A stretch of 64,000 nucleotides of DNA. Source: an uncultured Methanosarcinaceae archaeon (GTDB taxonomy: Archaea; Halobacteriota; Methanosarcinia; Methanosarcinales; Methanosarcinaceae). The translations under genes and the position numbers were made by a program. Location: positions 4,675-68,674 of the forward strand of contig CAVRNH010000006.1 in the NCBI GenBank assembly GCA_963722085.1. Reading direction: 5' to 3'. The notes below the pieces were generated by a model that did not search any database, was not told the DNA's origin, and was given only the letters and a program-made list of their open reading frames with translations. Shown here in pieces: positions 1 through 10,666 of this stretch. Position 1 is the first letter of the stretch. Each line of letters starts with the position of its first letter.

Positions 1-2
1 AA

Positions 3-584
3 GGTTTCTTCGTTGCAAAAACCTACGAAGAATTTGATGAACTTGTGGACCGAACCCAGAAGTACACAATCCAGGAATTTATCACAGGAACCCGTTATTA
101 CCTGCATTACTTCTATTCCCCTATCCGAAATGAGGGATACACTCTAAGCAAAGGCAGCCTTGAACTCCTGAGTATGGACCGCAGGGTAGAGTCTAATGCC
201 GATGAAATCTTTAGGCTCGGGTCCCCCCGAGAACTCATAGAAGCAGGCATCCGCCCTACATATGTGGTCACCGGAAATGTGCCCCTGGTTGCAAGAGAGT
301 CTCTCCTGCCGCTTATCTTTTCTCTTGGAGAAAGGGTAGTGGAAGGATCTCTAAATATTTTTGGCGGAATGATAGGGGCCTTCTGCCTTGAAACGGTATT
401 TACGGATGAACTCGAGATTAAAGTATTTGAGATCTCGGCCAGAATTGTCGCAGGAACAAACCTTTACATCTCAGGCTCTCCTTATGCAGACCTCATGCAG
501 GAAAATCTCTCAACCGGGCGGAGAATAGCTCAGGAAATCAAAGTCGCAGCTCAAACAAATCAGCTGGATAAAATAATATCGTGA
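3..584 (+). CDS. purP: FAICAR synthetase PurP (ATP-grasp), 5'-truncated by the window edge
   Basis: The frame is open from position 3. Motifs HYFYSP, DRRVESNAD, GNVPLVARESLL and FEISARIVAGTN are typical of archaeal PurP. Confidence 0.9.
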   Translation, partial: GFFVAKTYEEFDELVDRTQKYTIQEFITGTRYYLHYFYSPIRNEGYTLSKGSLELLSMDRRVESNADEIFRLGSPRELIEAGIRPTYVVTGNVPLVARESLLPLIFSLGERVVEGSLNIFGGMIGAFCLETVFTDELEIKVFEISARIVAGTNLYISGSPYADLMQENLSTGRRIAQEIKVAAQTNQLDKIIS

Positions 585-585
585 G

Positions 586-633
586 CAGATAATATTCTGA
601 ACAGATAATATTCTGAACAGATAATATTCTGAG
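586..633 (+). repeat. Three-copy 16-bp tandem repeat (CAGATAATATTCTGAA)
   Basis: Directly visible just after the purP stop codon. Confidence 0.85.
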
Positions 634-790
634 ATAAACTCTTAAAGCTACTGAAATTTCAGAGGCTTTTAAATTCTTTTTTCATTTTAAAAGATCTACT
701 AACATTTGGGTCTTTTAAACATTTGTCATTAAAACGTTATCATGTAAAGTATCAATTATGTAATAGAGATGAACTAAAAACTTATGAGAA

Positions 791-897
791 ATCCTTATTC
801 CTCCTCGTTCTTACTTCTTTTAATCATTCTTGCCGTTCCTCAAGCTTGCTGGTGACTTAATCCCAAATATTTTTCCTATAAAAATCTTTTACTCGTA
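791..897 (-). pseudogene. Degenerate remnant of the 3' end of the flavodoxin-fold oxidoreductase at 2285-2896
   Basis: ttgccgttcctcaagcttgctggtgac...tttcctataaaaatcttttactc aligns with ttggcgttcttcaagcttgctggtaac...tttctataaaagctttttactc at about 2354-2418. Confidence 0.65.
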
Positions 898-1089
898 ATA
901 TAACGTGATGTGTCGATAAATCTGACGATACTACAAGTTTAGTCGCAATGATCAGTCAAGAGCAAATTAGAAAAATATTCCCAAAAGGTCTCGTAACAAT
1001 AGCCGTGACTGAATTCCTTATTCATGTCGATGCCGGGCACAACATCAGGAATTTGTTAATATTTACGAACAACTGTTAAAAAGCGAACA

Positions 1090-1308
1090 TTGCATGCTGC
1101 TCTCAAAGAACTTTCTCATGCCCCAATGGATGAAGTAGACGCATTGAATAAGAAAGGTGTAGCTTGTGTAGGACTTAGTGAGCTAGACAAGGTTATAAAG
1201 TGCTTTCAAAAAATCAAGGAAATAAAAAACAAGGCAATAGATGCCAATCAGATTCAAAAACATTATAAAGAATTAGATACTTATACACGACGAGTAGTCC
1301 TTGATTAA
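1090..1308 (+). CDS. Small TPR-like protein or fragment
   Basis: DALNKKGVACVGLSELDKVIKCFQKI resembles a single TPR unit. The ORF is short and starts with TTG. Confidence 0.35.
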   Translation: MHAALKELSHAPMDEVDALNKKGVACVGLSELDKVIKCFQKIKEIKNKAIDANQIQKHYKELDTYTRRVVLD

Positions 1309-1335
1309 GAAATACATGTTTTTGGTGTTCACAAA

Positions 1336-2268
1336 ATGGGTTTATTTGACTTTTTTAAAAATAAAGTAAAAAATTCTCAAAAATCTCCCAAATTAAATTA
1401 TTCGATAACTGGCAGTTCTCTATCAATCGGTGATTTTACAGGGGAATATCATCAATCACCAAACGGCAAATTCATTTTAGCGTGGAAAGGTCAAAATGAA
1501 AATGGGAAATATATTTTATTAGAACGCGAGAAGGTAAAACTTCAAGCTAAAATGAGACACCCTAATAATGGGATGGTTTCAAACGATGGAGTGTTTATTC
1601 TCAGCGATTTGACTTCTAAGGGCATGTATGGGGTCTTCAATATAATAAATAAAGACGGAGAGACTCTGATCAAGCAAAGATGTAAGGCAAATATGGGTCA
1701 CACTGGCATTTCAGATGATGGACGTTTTGCTGTTTGCCAGGCTTTAGAAAGTACCAGTAAATCGGATAGCTGTAAACTATTTTTCTTTGATATAAAGAAT
1801 AAAAAATTATTATGGAAAAAATTGCCTGAGACAATTGGATCTGAGCTTAACTGGGCAGAAAGCTACCGCTTTGATACTAAGAAAAAGGTCCTGTATCTGA
1901 TACACAACAAAAATAGAGCTTACCGTTACACTTTTGAAGGGACTTTCATTGATTCTAAAATGTATAGACATGACTGCATTGTTAGTGGAAACGATATTGA
2001 ATTTCTTGAAGCGATTAAAGAATTGAAAGTAGAGCTTTCTACAAATACCAATCCCCGAGAATATGATGCACTTATTACTCCTTTAGAAAAAGGATTAAAA
2101 AGATTTTCTGATAAAGATACCATCTCAAAAATTCATAGGGTTTTAGGTGAAATTTTCCATTTACAGGGGAACAACGCCGAGGCGATAAAACATTTTGAAA
2201 CCGCATTGAAACTTAATCCGAGGGTGGGCGTAAAAAGGACACTAGAAAAATTAAAGAAAATCGATTAA
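1336..2268 (+). CDS. Hypothetical protein with a beta-rich N-terminus and a C-terminal TPR
   Basis: 310-aa ORF with an MGLFDFFK start. The C-terminal segment HRVLGEIFHLQGNNAEAIKHFETALKLNP is a TPR. Confidence 0.75.
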   Translation: MGLFDFFKNKVKNSQKSPKLNYSITGSSLSIGDFTGEYHQSPNGKFILAWKGQNENGKYILLEREKVKLQAKMRHPNNGMVSNDGVFILSDLTSKGMYGVFNIINKDGETLIKQRCKANMGHTGISDDGRFAVCQALESTSKSDSCKLFFFDIKNKKLLWKKLPETIGSELNWAESYRFDTKKKVLYLIHNKNRAYRYTFEGTFIDSKMYRHDCIVSGNDIEFLEAIKELKVELSTNTNPREYDALITPLEKGLKRFSDKDTISKIHRVLGEIFHLQGNNAEAIKHFETALKLNPRVGVKRTLEKLKKID

Positions 2269-2284
2269 AGAACGAAATAAACAC

Positions 2285-2896
2285 TCATGCAGGGAAGTTA
2301 GCATCCACTGGGAAATATGCATTAACTATTTCTTCCACTTCTTCTAACCAATCTTGGCGTTCTTCAAGCTTGCTGGTAACTATAACGCCAAACATTTTTC
2401 TATAAAAGCTTTTTACTCCGCAAAAATCGAAAATGCAGTTCTTCCAAAGTGTCTCAAGTGGATCCCCAAATACTTGCATTTCCCTTTCTTTCGGTGTATT
2501 TGATGTATTGAATACTAAGGCGGTTTTTGCTTTTAACAATCCTATTGGTATTCCTTCGCCACTATCTCCTTCTTTAAATTCATATGCTACTCCCGCACGC
2601 AATACTCGATCTACCCATCCTTTTAATATTGCGGGTGGCTGCCCCCACCAGTTAGGGTGAACTACAACTATCCCTTCTACTTCAAAGACTTCTTTGCAAT
2701 GTCTCTCTATTACTTTTTCTAAAGAGGCGCATTTAGGAATTTCCTGACTTCTAGTTATTGGATCAAAATTTTCTTCATACAGATCATGGAAAAATACTTC
2801 ATGCCCGTTATTTAACAGGGTTTCTACAACCGTATTTGCAATCGCATGATTAAAACTCTCTTTATTTGGATGCCCAAGAATTACTGATGTCTTCAT
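2285..2896 (-). CDS. NAD(P)H:quinone oxidoreductase, flavodoxin-2 (MdaB/KefF-like) family
   Basis: Motifs GHPNKESFN, DLYEENFDP and HPNWWGQPPAILKGWVDRV. Confidence 0.88.
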   Translation of the reverse strand: MKTSVILGHPNKESFNHAIANTVVETLLNNGHEVFFHDLYEENFDPITRSQEIPKCASLEKVIERHCKEVFEVEGIVVVHPNWWGQPPAILKGWVDRVLRAGVAYEFKEGDSGEGIPIGLLKAKTALVFNTSNTPKEREMQVFGDPLETLWKNCIFDFCGVKSFYRKMFGVIVTSKLEERQDWLEEVEEIVNAYFPVDANFPA

Positions 2897-3294
2897 CGAT
2901 TTCCTTCCCTCTCTTTTGTGGATATCTACATATTGCCTAATGTTACATTTTAAACATCTTGAGATCTAGACAATTTCTATCTGGCGGAATAATATGTGCT
3001 TTATGCTCTACGTTAGTACACAAGGTTTCTATCGTGATTATAAAATGAAAACAATTTCTTTTTATTAGATGCTCTGCCTTATTTAATAGCACTTGATCTT
3101 TTGGACTTACACCCCTGCGAACACATATGATTTACTAATTAAGTATTACATATTGTCTACAATTTAATATCAAATATTCTTTAGAATCTAGTATGAATTC
3201 TGATTTACTTATTAAATATTAGGAGATATGAAAATAGTTTCCAATATAATAAGTTCGGAAATTTATTTTTACCTAAATTTGAATTTTATTTAAA

Positions 3295-3376
3295 ATTGAC
3301 TTTTACTTAAATCTGACTTTTACTTAATTTGACTTTTACTTAAACCTGTACTTACTTAAATCGACTTTTATTTAAC
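3295..3376 (+). repeat. Degenerate tandem repeat with a ~16-17-bp unit (GACTTTTACTTAA core), about 5 copies
   Basis: Visible upstream of the HerA-like gene. Confidence 0.7.
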
Positions 3377-3424
3377 ACGGCTTAAGAAAATATTTTAAAT
3401 AGTTTTCGCGCCGATATTATCATA

Positions 3425-4762
3425 ATGCCTAAAGTTGAAGGTAAGGAATTCAGGCCTGTTTTTGGAGGTAAATTTGCCGGAGCACTGCGCGTGCTTGGAA
3501 GCGAGGAGAACCCAGGGGAAGGTCTTCTGTCTATTGGAAATTACATGGCACTTGACCACTCCAGAGGGGCTGCTGTTTATCTTGATGCGCTGAAGCCTCA
3601 TGCCATTTTGATCTGCGGAAAAAGAGGCTATGGAAAATCCTATACAATGGGCTGCATGCTGGAAGAACTTGCACTTCTCAAGCCAGCCATTAAGAAAAGG
3701 CTTGCATCCGTTGTCATTGATACTATGGGGATTTTCTGGACAATGAGTTTCCCGAATACTCTTGAGGCTGGAAGATTAAAGAGTTGGGATCTAAATCCTG
3801 CTGGACTCGAAATTGAGATCTTCGTGCCCGCTGGCAAAGTTGAGGCTTACAGGAAACGGAACATCAATGTAAAGCCCTTCTCTATCTCAATCCGGGAACT
3901 TTCAGGAAGCCAGTGGTGCAGGATCTTTAATATCGAGGAGATTTCTCCTCTTGGAATTTTGCTGGTAAGGACTATTGAATCCTTAAGAGATAAACAATAT
4001 GTGTATTCTTTTGAAGATATTATAGGTGAGATGTTGGAGGATACTCGCTCTGATCCGGCTTCAAAAGGGGCTGCGGAAAATTATTTCAGGGCAGTTAACT
4101 CCTGGGGCCTTTTCTCAAAGGAAGGTACATTGGTATCTGAACTCGTATCAGGGGGAAAGACAACTATTCTTGATGTGAGTACTCTTGAAAATGAGAATAT
4201 CTGCGCTGCAGCAGTATCGATTCTTGCAGGCAGGCTTTATGAAAAGAGACTTGAGGCTAGAAGAATTTATGAAAAGAAGCTTATGGGAGAAAAGACTGAC
4301 GAAGAAGAGTTTCCAATGGTCTGGCTCTTCATAGATGAGGCTCACATTTTCATACCTTCAAGGACAGAAAGTCTTGCATCGGAAGTGCTTATTAACCGCT
4401 GCCTCAGGCAGGGGAGGCAGCCAGGTCTTTCTTTAGTCCTGGCAACCCAGAGACCTGCAGGTCTGCACCCGGATGTTGTTTCCCAGAGTGACCTTCTTAT
4501 CTGCCATCGCCTTACTGCAAGTGATGACATTCTGGCTCTGGAAACTTCCCGTCCTCTTTATATGCAGGAAAGTCTCGAGGCATACCTTGAGAAAATGGGA
4601 AGTGAACGAGGAGCTGCTTTGATAGTAGATGACCATTCTGAATCTGTTCACCTTGTACGCATCCGCCCTCGCATGAGTTGGCATGGAGGAGGAGAACCAA
4701 GTGCTCTTGAGCCATGTGCAGGGGAAATAAGTCGAGAAACTACAATCCAACGATCAAAATAA
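3425..4762 (+). CDS. HerA/FtsK-family P-loop ATPase (DUF87)
   Basis: Walker A GKRGYGKS, Walker B WLFIDEAH, RQGR arginine finger and LATQRP motif. Confidence 0.88.
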   Translation: MPKVEGKEFRPVFGGKFAGALRVLGSEENPGEGLLSIGNYMALDHSRGAAVYLDALKPHAILICGKRGYGKSYTMGCMLEELALLKPAIKKRLASVVIDTMGIFWTMSFPNTLEAGRLKSWDLNPAGLEIEIFVPAGKVEAYRKRNINVKPFSISIRELSGSQWCRIFNIEEISPLGILLVRTIESLRDKQYVYSFEDIIGEMLEDTRSDPASKGAAENYFRAVNSWGLFSKEGTLVSELVSGGKTTILDVSTLENENICAAAVSILAGRLYEKRLEARRIYEKKLMGEKTDEEEFPMVWLFIDEAHIFIPSRTESLASEVLINRCLRQGRQPGLSLVLATQRPAGLHPDVVSQSDLLICHRLTASDDILALETSRPLYMQESLEAYLEKMGSERGAALIVDDHSESVHLVRIRPRMSWHGGGEPSALEPCAGEISRETTIQRSK

Positions 4763-4951
4763 CTTATTTCTTATATTTCTCCGGATGAAGCTAGGGGTAA
4801 AAAGCTAGAATTGTTAACCAATTTTTTATCCTCCCAGAAAATAATTTAAATACTAGCTGTGATACTTCAACCCTGTGAATGCAGCTGAGTTAAAAGCTGT
4901 AAGTATTATCTAGTTATAGCACTAAATCGCAGCAAATCACTGGTGATGTAT

Positions 4952-5446
4952 ATGAAAGGAAGAGCCTGGAAATTCGGAGATGACGTGGATACGGATGCAG
5001 TAATTCCTGGAAGGTACCTTATTTACAATACTCCAGGAGAGCTTGCAAAGTACACATTTGAAGGCGTACGCCCCGAGTTTGCAAAGAATGTTCACGAGAA
5101 TGATATCGTAGTCGCTGGAAGCAATTTTGGCTGCGGGTCTTCGCGCGAGCATGCGCCCCTCGCCCTCAAAGGGTCAAAGGTAGCCTGTGTGATTGCAAAG
5201 TCTTTTGCAAGAATCTTTTTCAGGAATGCGATAAATATCGGAGTTCCTGTTCTGGAATGTCCGGACACTGACAGGATCGATGACGGAGATGAGCTTGAAG
5301 TAGACCTTGCTACAGGAGTTATTGAAAACAAAACAAAAGGAGAGACTTACCAGGCAACCCCGCTCCCCGATTTCGTTCGTGAGATCGTAAATGAGGGAGG
5401 GCTTATAGAATATGCCAGAAAACTGATCTCTGGCACTGAAAAATAG
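4952..5446 (+). CDS. leuD: 3-isopropylmalate dehydratase small subunit
   Basis: Motifs [28 protein letters not shown] and [12 protein letters not shown]. Adjacent to a LeuB-like gene. Confidence 0.88.
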   Translation: MKGRAWKFGDDVDTDAVIPGRYLIYNTPGELAKYTFEGVRPEFAKNVHENDIVVAGSNFGCGSSREHAPLALKGSKVACVIAKSFARIFFRNAINIGVPVLECPDTDRIDDGDELEVDLATGVIENKTKGETYQATPLPDFVREIVNEGGLIEYARKLISGTEK

Positions 5447-5532
5447 GAAGGCTATCAATAGACAGCCGCATGTGCGCGTTTGAATCTTGTAATAAAAAGG
5501 CATTTTTGCCTCAATTCTAAAGGAGTAAAAAT

Positions 5533-6660
5533 ATGACGCAGTATAAGATTCCGGTCCTCCCGGGCGATGGGATAGGGCCAGAAATCATCGCCGAAGGCAG
5601 AAAAGTTATAGATACAGTCGGCGAAAGATTAGGTTTTGATGTAGAATGGGTCGAATACCCGCATGGAGCAGACCATTACCTTGAAACGGGAGAATTAATT
5701 TCCGAAGACACCTTAAAGGAACTATCCAGCTACCCTGCAATTTATCTCGGCTCCATTGGAGACCCGAGGATTGCTCCCGGGATTCTTGAGAAGGGAATCT
5801 TATTAACTGCACGCTTTTACTTCGATCAGTACGTCAACCTCCGCCCGATAAAACTCCTGGACGGAGTCTGGACCCCGCTCAAAGATAAAACATCAAAAGA
5901 TATCGACTTTGTAGTTGTCAGGGAAAACACCGAGGACTTCTACATCGGAATTGGCGGCAGGGCAAAAAAAGGGGAGAGCAAGGCCCTCCTCGAAGTTAAA
6001 AGGACACTCTACTCTGCAAAATTCGGCCTTGATATCGAGACTGACAGCGAAGAAATAGGGTATCAGATAGGCCTGATCTCAAAAGAAGGCACAAAAAGGG
6101 TTATTGAGTATGCCTTCGACCTTGCCGAAAACCGGAAAAAACATGTTTCCTCTGTGGACAAAGCAAATGTCCTTTCAGATATCTACGGCTTCTGGAGAGA
6201 AGAATTCAACTCAGTTGCGGGGAAGCATCCGGGTGTTACTACGGACTTCAATTTCGTTGATGCAATCACGATGTGGTTTGTGAAAAATCCAGAGTGGTTC
6301 GATGTCGTCGTAACCCCGAACATGTTTGGAGACATCATCACCGACCTCGGAGCCATGATTCAGGGCGGCCTCGGTCTTGCCCCAGGTGGAAATATCAATC
6401 CGAAAGGCACGAGCATGTTCGAGCCTATCCATGGCTCAGCTCCTAAATACAAGGGCCAGAACAAAGTCAACCCGATTGCCACAATCTGGGCCGGTGCAAT
6501 GCTTATAGAGCAGCTTGGAGAAAAAGAAGCTGCACATACAATAGTTAATGCAATCCAGAAAAATATCCTGGACGGTAAAGTCAAAACCTATGACATGGGC
6601 GGCAACAGCAGCACTTCAGATGTCGGGGATGAGATTGCAAGAATAATAAGAGAAGGTTAA
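5533..6660 (+). CDS. leuB: 3-isopropylmalate dehydrogenase (isocitrate/isopropylmalate DH family)
   Basis: Motifs [30 protein letters not shown] and FEPIHGSAP. Confidence 0.85.
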   Translation: MTQYKIPVLPGDGIGPEIIAEGRKVIDTVGERLGFDVEWVEYPHGADHYLETGELISEDTLKELSSYPAIYLGSIGDPRIAPGILEKGILLTARFYFDQYVNLRPIKLLDGVWTPLKDKTSKDIDFVVVRENTEDFYIGIGGRAKKGESKALLEVKRTLYSAKFGLDIETDSEEIGYQIGLISKEGTKRVIEYAFDLAENRKKHVSSVDKANVLSDIYGFWREEFNSVAGKHPGVTTDFNFVDAITMWFVKNPEWFDVVVTPNMFGDIITDLGAMIQGGLGLAPGGNINPKGTSMFEPIHGSAPKYKGQNKVNPIATIWAGAMLIEQLGEKEAAHTIVNAIQKNILDGKVKTYDMGGNSSTSDVGDEIARIIREG

Positions 6661-7321
6661 TTCAAGCTTCTCTTCTTTTATACTTTCTTTTTTCATTAAA
6701 ATGAATCTTGGAATTTCCTGCTTATTTTTAGAGGTTAAGGACCATTTTTGATCAAGTTTATCTCAGATTCTCATTAAAAATAAAATTAGGTTCCGAGAAG
6801 AATTCAAATTCAGCTTCCTAGAAGAATTTGGAGTTCAACTTCCTATAACGATTTAGAGCCCTAGTTCTCAACATTAAATTCTATTCTTTTAAATTATACA
6901 AATAGTATTTAAATCCTAAACATTTAAGTCTTCTTTCACCAAAAATATTTTTCTCCAGTTCTTTTCTAATCTTTTAAAATGATCTCAATAGGTAATATAG
7001 TCAGAGGCTTTTTAGAGCGCTTCTCAAGAATGCTCAATTATTCCCTGCTTGAGATGTGAAATTAACAAAGAAATTATACCCAATATTTAATCACAACTCA
7101 AAGTTTTCTGTTCTATTTTATTCTTTAATTAATTATGCTTAAAGAAAGAAGAAAGTCGCTTGATCTTCATTATCAAATTTGGGAGTATTACGAATTTGCT
7201 GAAAATAGGAGAAAGCAGCCCAGTAAATAGTACAACCTGGTAAAGAAACTGAAATTATATATACAATTAAAATATTATATAACTGTGGACTTTTAAACAA
7301 ACTTAAGGGGGATTAAAGTTT

Positions 7322-7861
7322 ATGAAAATTAAATATTTAATTTGTTTGAGCATTATTCTAGTTTCTTTAACAGTTAGTACTGCAAGTGCAAGTTTCGTTA
7401 CTGTTCATCCGCATGTAGGAAATACTTATTGGGTTGGGGCTGATGGACACAAAATTTCATTAATCAATAATAATAGTGCAACGAACCCTACCTACAGTCA
7501 ACTGATTTCATTTATAAAAAATGATAAAATAGATGAAAGAACATATAAACCAGGGAAATTTACATGCGGAGATTTTGCTGAGATTGTCCATAATAATGCG
7601 GAAAAGGCTGGTATTAAAGCAGCATGGGTAACAATAGATTTTAAAGAAGACAGCCGGGGACATGTTTGTAACGCATTTAAGACAACTGATAAAGGTCTAG
7701 TGTATATAGATTGTACCGGATCATATCCACATAAATCAGGTAATTGGGATTCTATCGTTAAAGTACAAGTTGGTAAATCATATAGACCCACTGCATTATT
7801 TAGATCTGGATTCACATATTATTCAATGGGGACTGTAAAAACCTTTGGAAGATATTGGTAA
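7322..7861 (+). CDS. Secreted protein with a transglutaminase/papain-like Cys-His-Asp pattern
   Basis: Signal peptide MKIKYLICLSIILVSLTVSTASA, then CGDFA ... GHVCNAF ... YID. Confidence 0.65.
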   Translation: MKIKYLICLSIILVSLTVSTASASFVTVHPHVGNTYWVGADGHKISLINNNSATNPTYSQLISFIKNDKIDERTYKPGKFTCGDFAEIVHNNAEKAGIKAAWVTIDFKEDSRGHVCNAFKTTDKGLVYIDCTGSYPHKSGNWDSIVKVQVGKSYRPTALFRSGFTYYSMGTVKTFGRYW

Positions 7862-8111
7862 AATTCCCGAGAAAAATCAACTAAAAAGCGATTCAAGACT
7901 TTATTTTTCTATTTTGATTTTTTCTATTTTGGTTTTTTTATTTTGGTTATTTCTTCAGCATTTCCAGCAAGATCCAATTATCAATTGATACAAAATTAGA
8001 TATATATAAGAAATGAGTAAATTAGCTAATCAATTAACATTTAATTTCCAACGGTTGAAACTTCTTTTTATTGACATAATAGTCTTTTTGCTTTAAGAAG
8101 GGAGGTAAAAC

Positions 8112-8453
8112 TTGAATAAACAACAAGTTGAAAATACGATTAAAAGATTTAGCGATTTGATTGAGAGAAACAAGGATCATCGGGCTTATTCAGATTTTAA
8201 AGAAGGATTCAATGAAGGTTTAGAGATAGCCAAAGATACTTTTGATGAAAATGCGGAAAAATTTGTTTTATCCGATTCTGATAAAGATCGAGCTGCAAAA
8301 TTAGAAAGCTTACAAGATATGTTTAACTTGCTCATAGATACTCTCGTTATAACAAAAAAACCGAGATATTCTCAAGATAGTTTAGATGGAATAAACACAG
8401 GACTGCAGAGATCCAAAGAATTATTTAGAGACTTTACAGAAGAATTCTTATGA
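8112..8453 (+). CDS. Hypothetical helical protein with an internal two-fold repeat
   Basis: GGAGGT RBS before a TTG start. The halves EGFNEGLEIAK and DGINTGLQRSK are similar. Confidence 0.7.
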   Translation: MNKQQVENTIKRFSDLIERNKDHRAYSDFKEGFNEGLEIAKDTFDENAEKFVLSDSDKDRAAKLESLQDMFNLLIDTLVITKKPRYSQDSLDGINTGLQRSKELFRDFTEEFL

Positions 8454-8466
8454 ATCTTGATCAAGG

Positions 8467-9605
8467 TAGGACTTATGCAGATCGGGTCTCTGCAAATTTA
8501 AAATCATTTGAAATATTATTATTCATGGACAAATTATAAAATTGGCTAAAGTCATGTCAATGAACTCATCCAAATGCACTGACTTTGATTACATTAATTT
8601 CCTTATCGCCGCATCTACTGTTTTTAGTTGTACTGAAGCTTCTCGCTGCTACCCTTCTACAACCGATGCTCCCTCTCATGATTGTTATACTCGTCTCCTT
8701 CAAAAGCAACCTTCAGACACAGAACCTCTATGGGCTGAAGTAAGGAAATTCATTGTTTTTAAAGAAGGTTAACTGATTGTCGATGATACAGTACTGGATA
8801 AACTTTATTCTGAAAAGATAGGTTTTGTTCGGCATCAGTGGAGCGAGAAACATCATCGTACTGTTAAGGGAATTGGCTGGTTACCATGGTCTGGACAGAT
8901 GGTAAGGTTGTCTTACCCATATATTTTCGTATCTATAACATCGATGAAGACAATAAAACCAAGAATGATCATTTCCTTGATATGCTTGATAGGGCTGAAG
9001 AACGCGGATTTAAGCCTGAGTACGTTAGTTTGATATATGGTCTGCAAGCGTAAAGAACCTCAAAGCCATCAGGGAAAAACAATGGCATTTTTTAACAAGA
9101 TTGAAATCAAATCGTTTGGTGAATCCTGATAATACGAAAAATAAGCCTCTAGAAACAGTTGAGATCCCTCCCCAAGGAACTGTGGTTCATCTCAAAGAAT
9201 ATGGTTTTATTAAGTTATTTCAATTAGTTCCCAAAGAAGGGGACACGCAGTACTGGGCTATAGATGTGCTGGATATGGATGAATCCACAAGAGAAGATCT
9301 CGGTAATAAATCCTGGAAAATTGAAGAATATCATAGAGGAATAAAACAGTTCTGTGGTGTGGAAAAGTGCCAGGAAAGAGAAAAAGAGTCACAGAGAGCA
9401 CATGTAATGTTATCATTGAGAGCTTTTCTAAGGCTGGATGTACAAAGAATTAGGGACGGGATATCATGGTTTGAAAGTAAAATGAAAATTCACAGAGTGG
9501 CAGCAACGGCATATTTAAGCAAACCAAAATACAACTTAAACTTATTGTGATACTACATAAGTTAGGGAAAAACGAGAGATAGACCCTCCGAATGCGTAAG
9601 TCCTA
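8467..9605 (+). mobile_element. Degraded IS701-family insertion sequence
   Basis: Terminal IRs TAGGACTTATGCA (8467) and TGCGTAAGTCCTA (9593-9605). The transposase is split into 8542-8772 and 9101-9550 by stops and frameshifts, with motifs YINFLIA, SHD, IVDDT and WKIEEYHRGIKQ. Confidence 0.85.
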
Positions 9606-9791
9606 TTAATTTGGCACAATTTAACCCTCTTTCTTTCTGATCATCGAACAGATTTTCCCTGAAAAAAGAATCCTCAATTTCTGCCAATATTGTTCCAAAG
9701 ATCTTATGGTAACCCTCATCCTGATCCCAGGAACTACAAGAAGGGCACAAAATGCGAAAAATACTTATCAAGTATCTGCATATATAAAAAT

Positions 9792-10580
9792 GTGAGCAGC
9801 TCCTTTCTTGAATTGATGGTCCTCTCTGAAAAGAGGAAAGAAATTCTTCTTTTTTTAAAAGAAAGTCCAAAAACCATCCTAGAGATTAAAGAATTCTTGA
9901 ATTTAAGCTCCGTAGCGGTTCTTCCTCAGCTTAAAAAATTGAGGGAAAATTCCCTGGTTATAAAGAAAGGAGAGGTATATAGTCTGTCTCCTCTTGGCAT
10001 AGCCATAGTTGGCAGATTGCAGCCAATGGTAGATCTCTTAAAAGTGTTCGGATCTGAGTATAGTTACTGGGAAAATCATGCAATCGATTGCATACCGGCT
10101 CCTTTCATGGGAAGGATTGGAGAGCTATCCAACTGTACGCTTTCCCAACCTCCTGACAAGACTCGCCTCTTTGACCTCCATATAGAATGTGTGGAAAACG
10201 TTGAAAAATCAAATAAGATAAGTGGCATTTTTTCATTTTTTCACCCTTCGTATCTATCTTTCTATACTGATTTTATAGAAATGGAAAAGGAAGTCTCTAT
10301 TATTGTAACTTCCCATGTTTATGAAAGAATAAAGAGAGAATTCGAGGATATACTGAGAGAATCCTTTAAATTTGGGAATGCAAGCTTCTATGTATGCAGC
10401 AGGGAAATAGAACTCTCTTATTTAGTTACTGATACGTTTCTCTCTCTTACCTTGCCTTTCTCTGACGGCAGCTTTGATTATCAAAGAGATGTCCTCTGCT
10501 TCGACCCTGCTGCCCTTAAGTGGGGAGAGGATCTCTTTGCTTACTACAGGGATATATCAGATAAAATAACTGAAGTATGA
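9792..10580 (+). CDS. Winged-HTH (ArsR-like) transcriptional regulator with DUF1724 domain
   Basis: Motifs LSEKRKEILLFL, VLPQLKKL and ALKWGEDLFAYY. The start is placed at the GTG; the ORF track extends to 9690. Confidence 0.8.
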   Translation: MSSSFLELMVLSEKRKEILLFLKESPKTILEIKEFLNLSSVAVLPQLKKLRENSLVIKKGEVYSLSPLGIAIVGRLQPMVDLLKVFGSEYSYWENHAIDCIPAPFMGRIGELSNCTLSQPPDKTRLFDLHIECVENVEKSNKISGIFSFFHPSYLSFYTDFIEMEKEVSIIVTSHVYERIKREFEDILRESFKFGNASFYVCSREIELSYLVTDTFLSLTLPFSDGSFDYQRDVLCFDPAALKWGEDLFAYYRDISDKITEV

Positions 10581-10666
10581 ATTTTTGTTTTAAGAAGATC
10601 CTGAAAACAAGAAGATCCTGAAATACAGAAGATAGCTATAAATTGGACTCTTACTATCCTTTATAC

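Noticed and set aside
3425..4762. HerA-based anti-phage system
   Set aside because: There is no adjacent effector gene, and the gene sits beside housekeeping leuD/leuB.
5444..5532. Pyrrolysine read-through of the leuD TAG
   Set aside because: The protein is already full length and another TAG follows within five codons.
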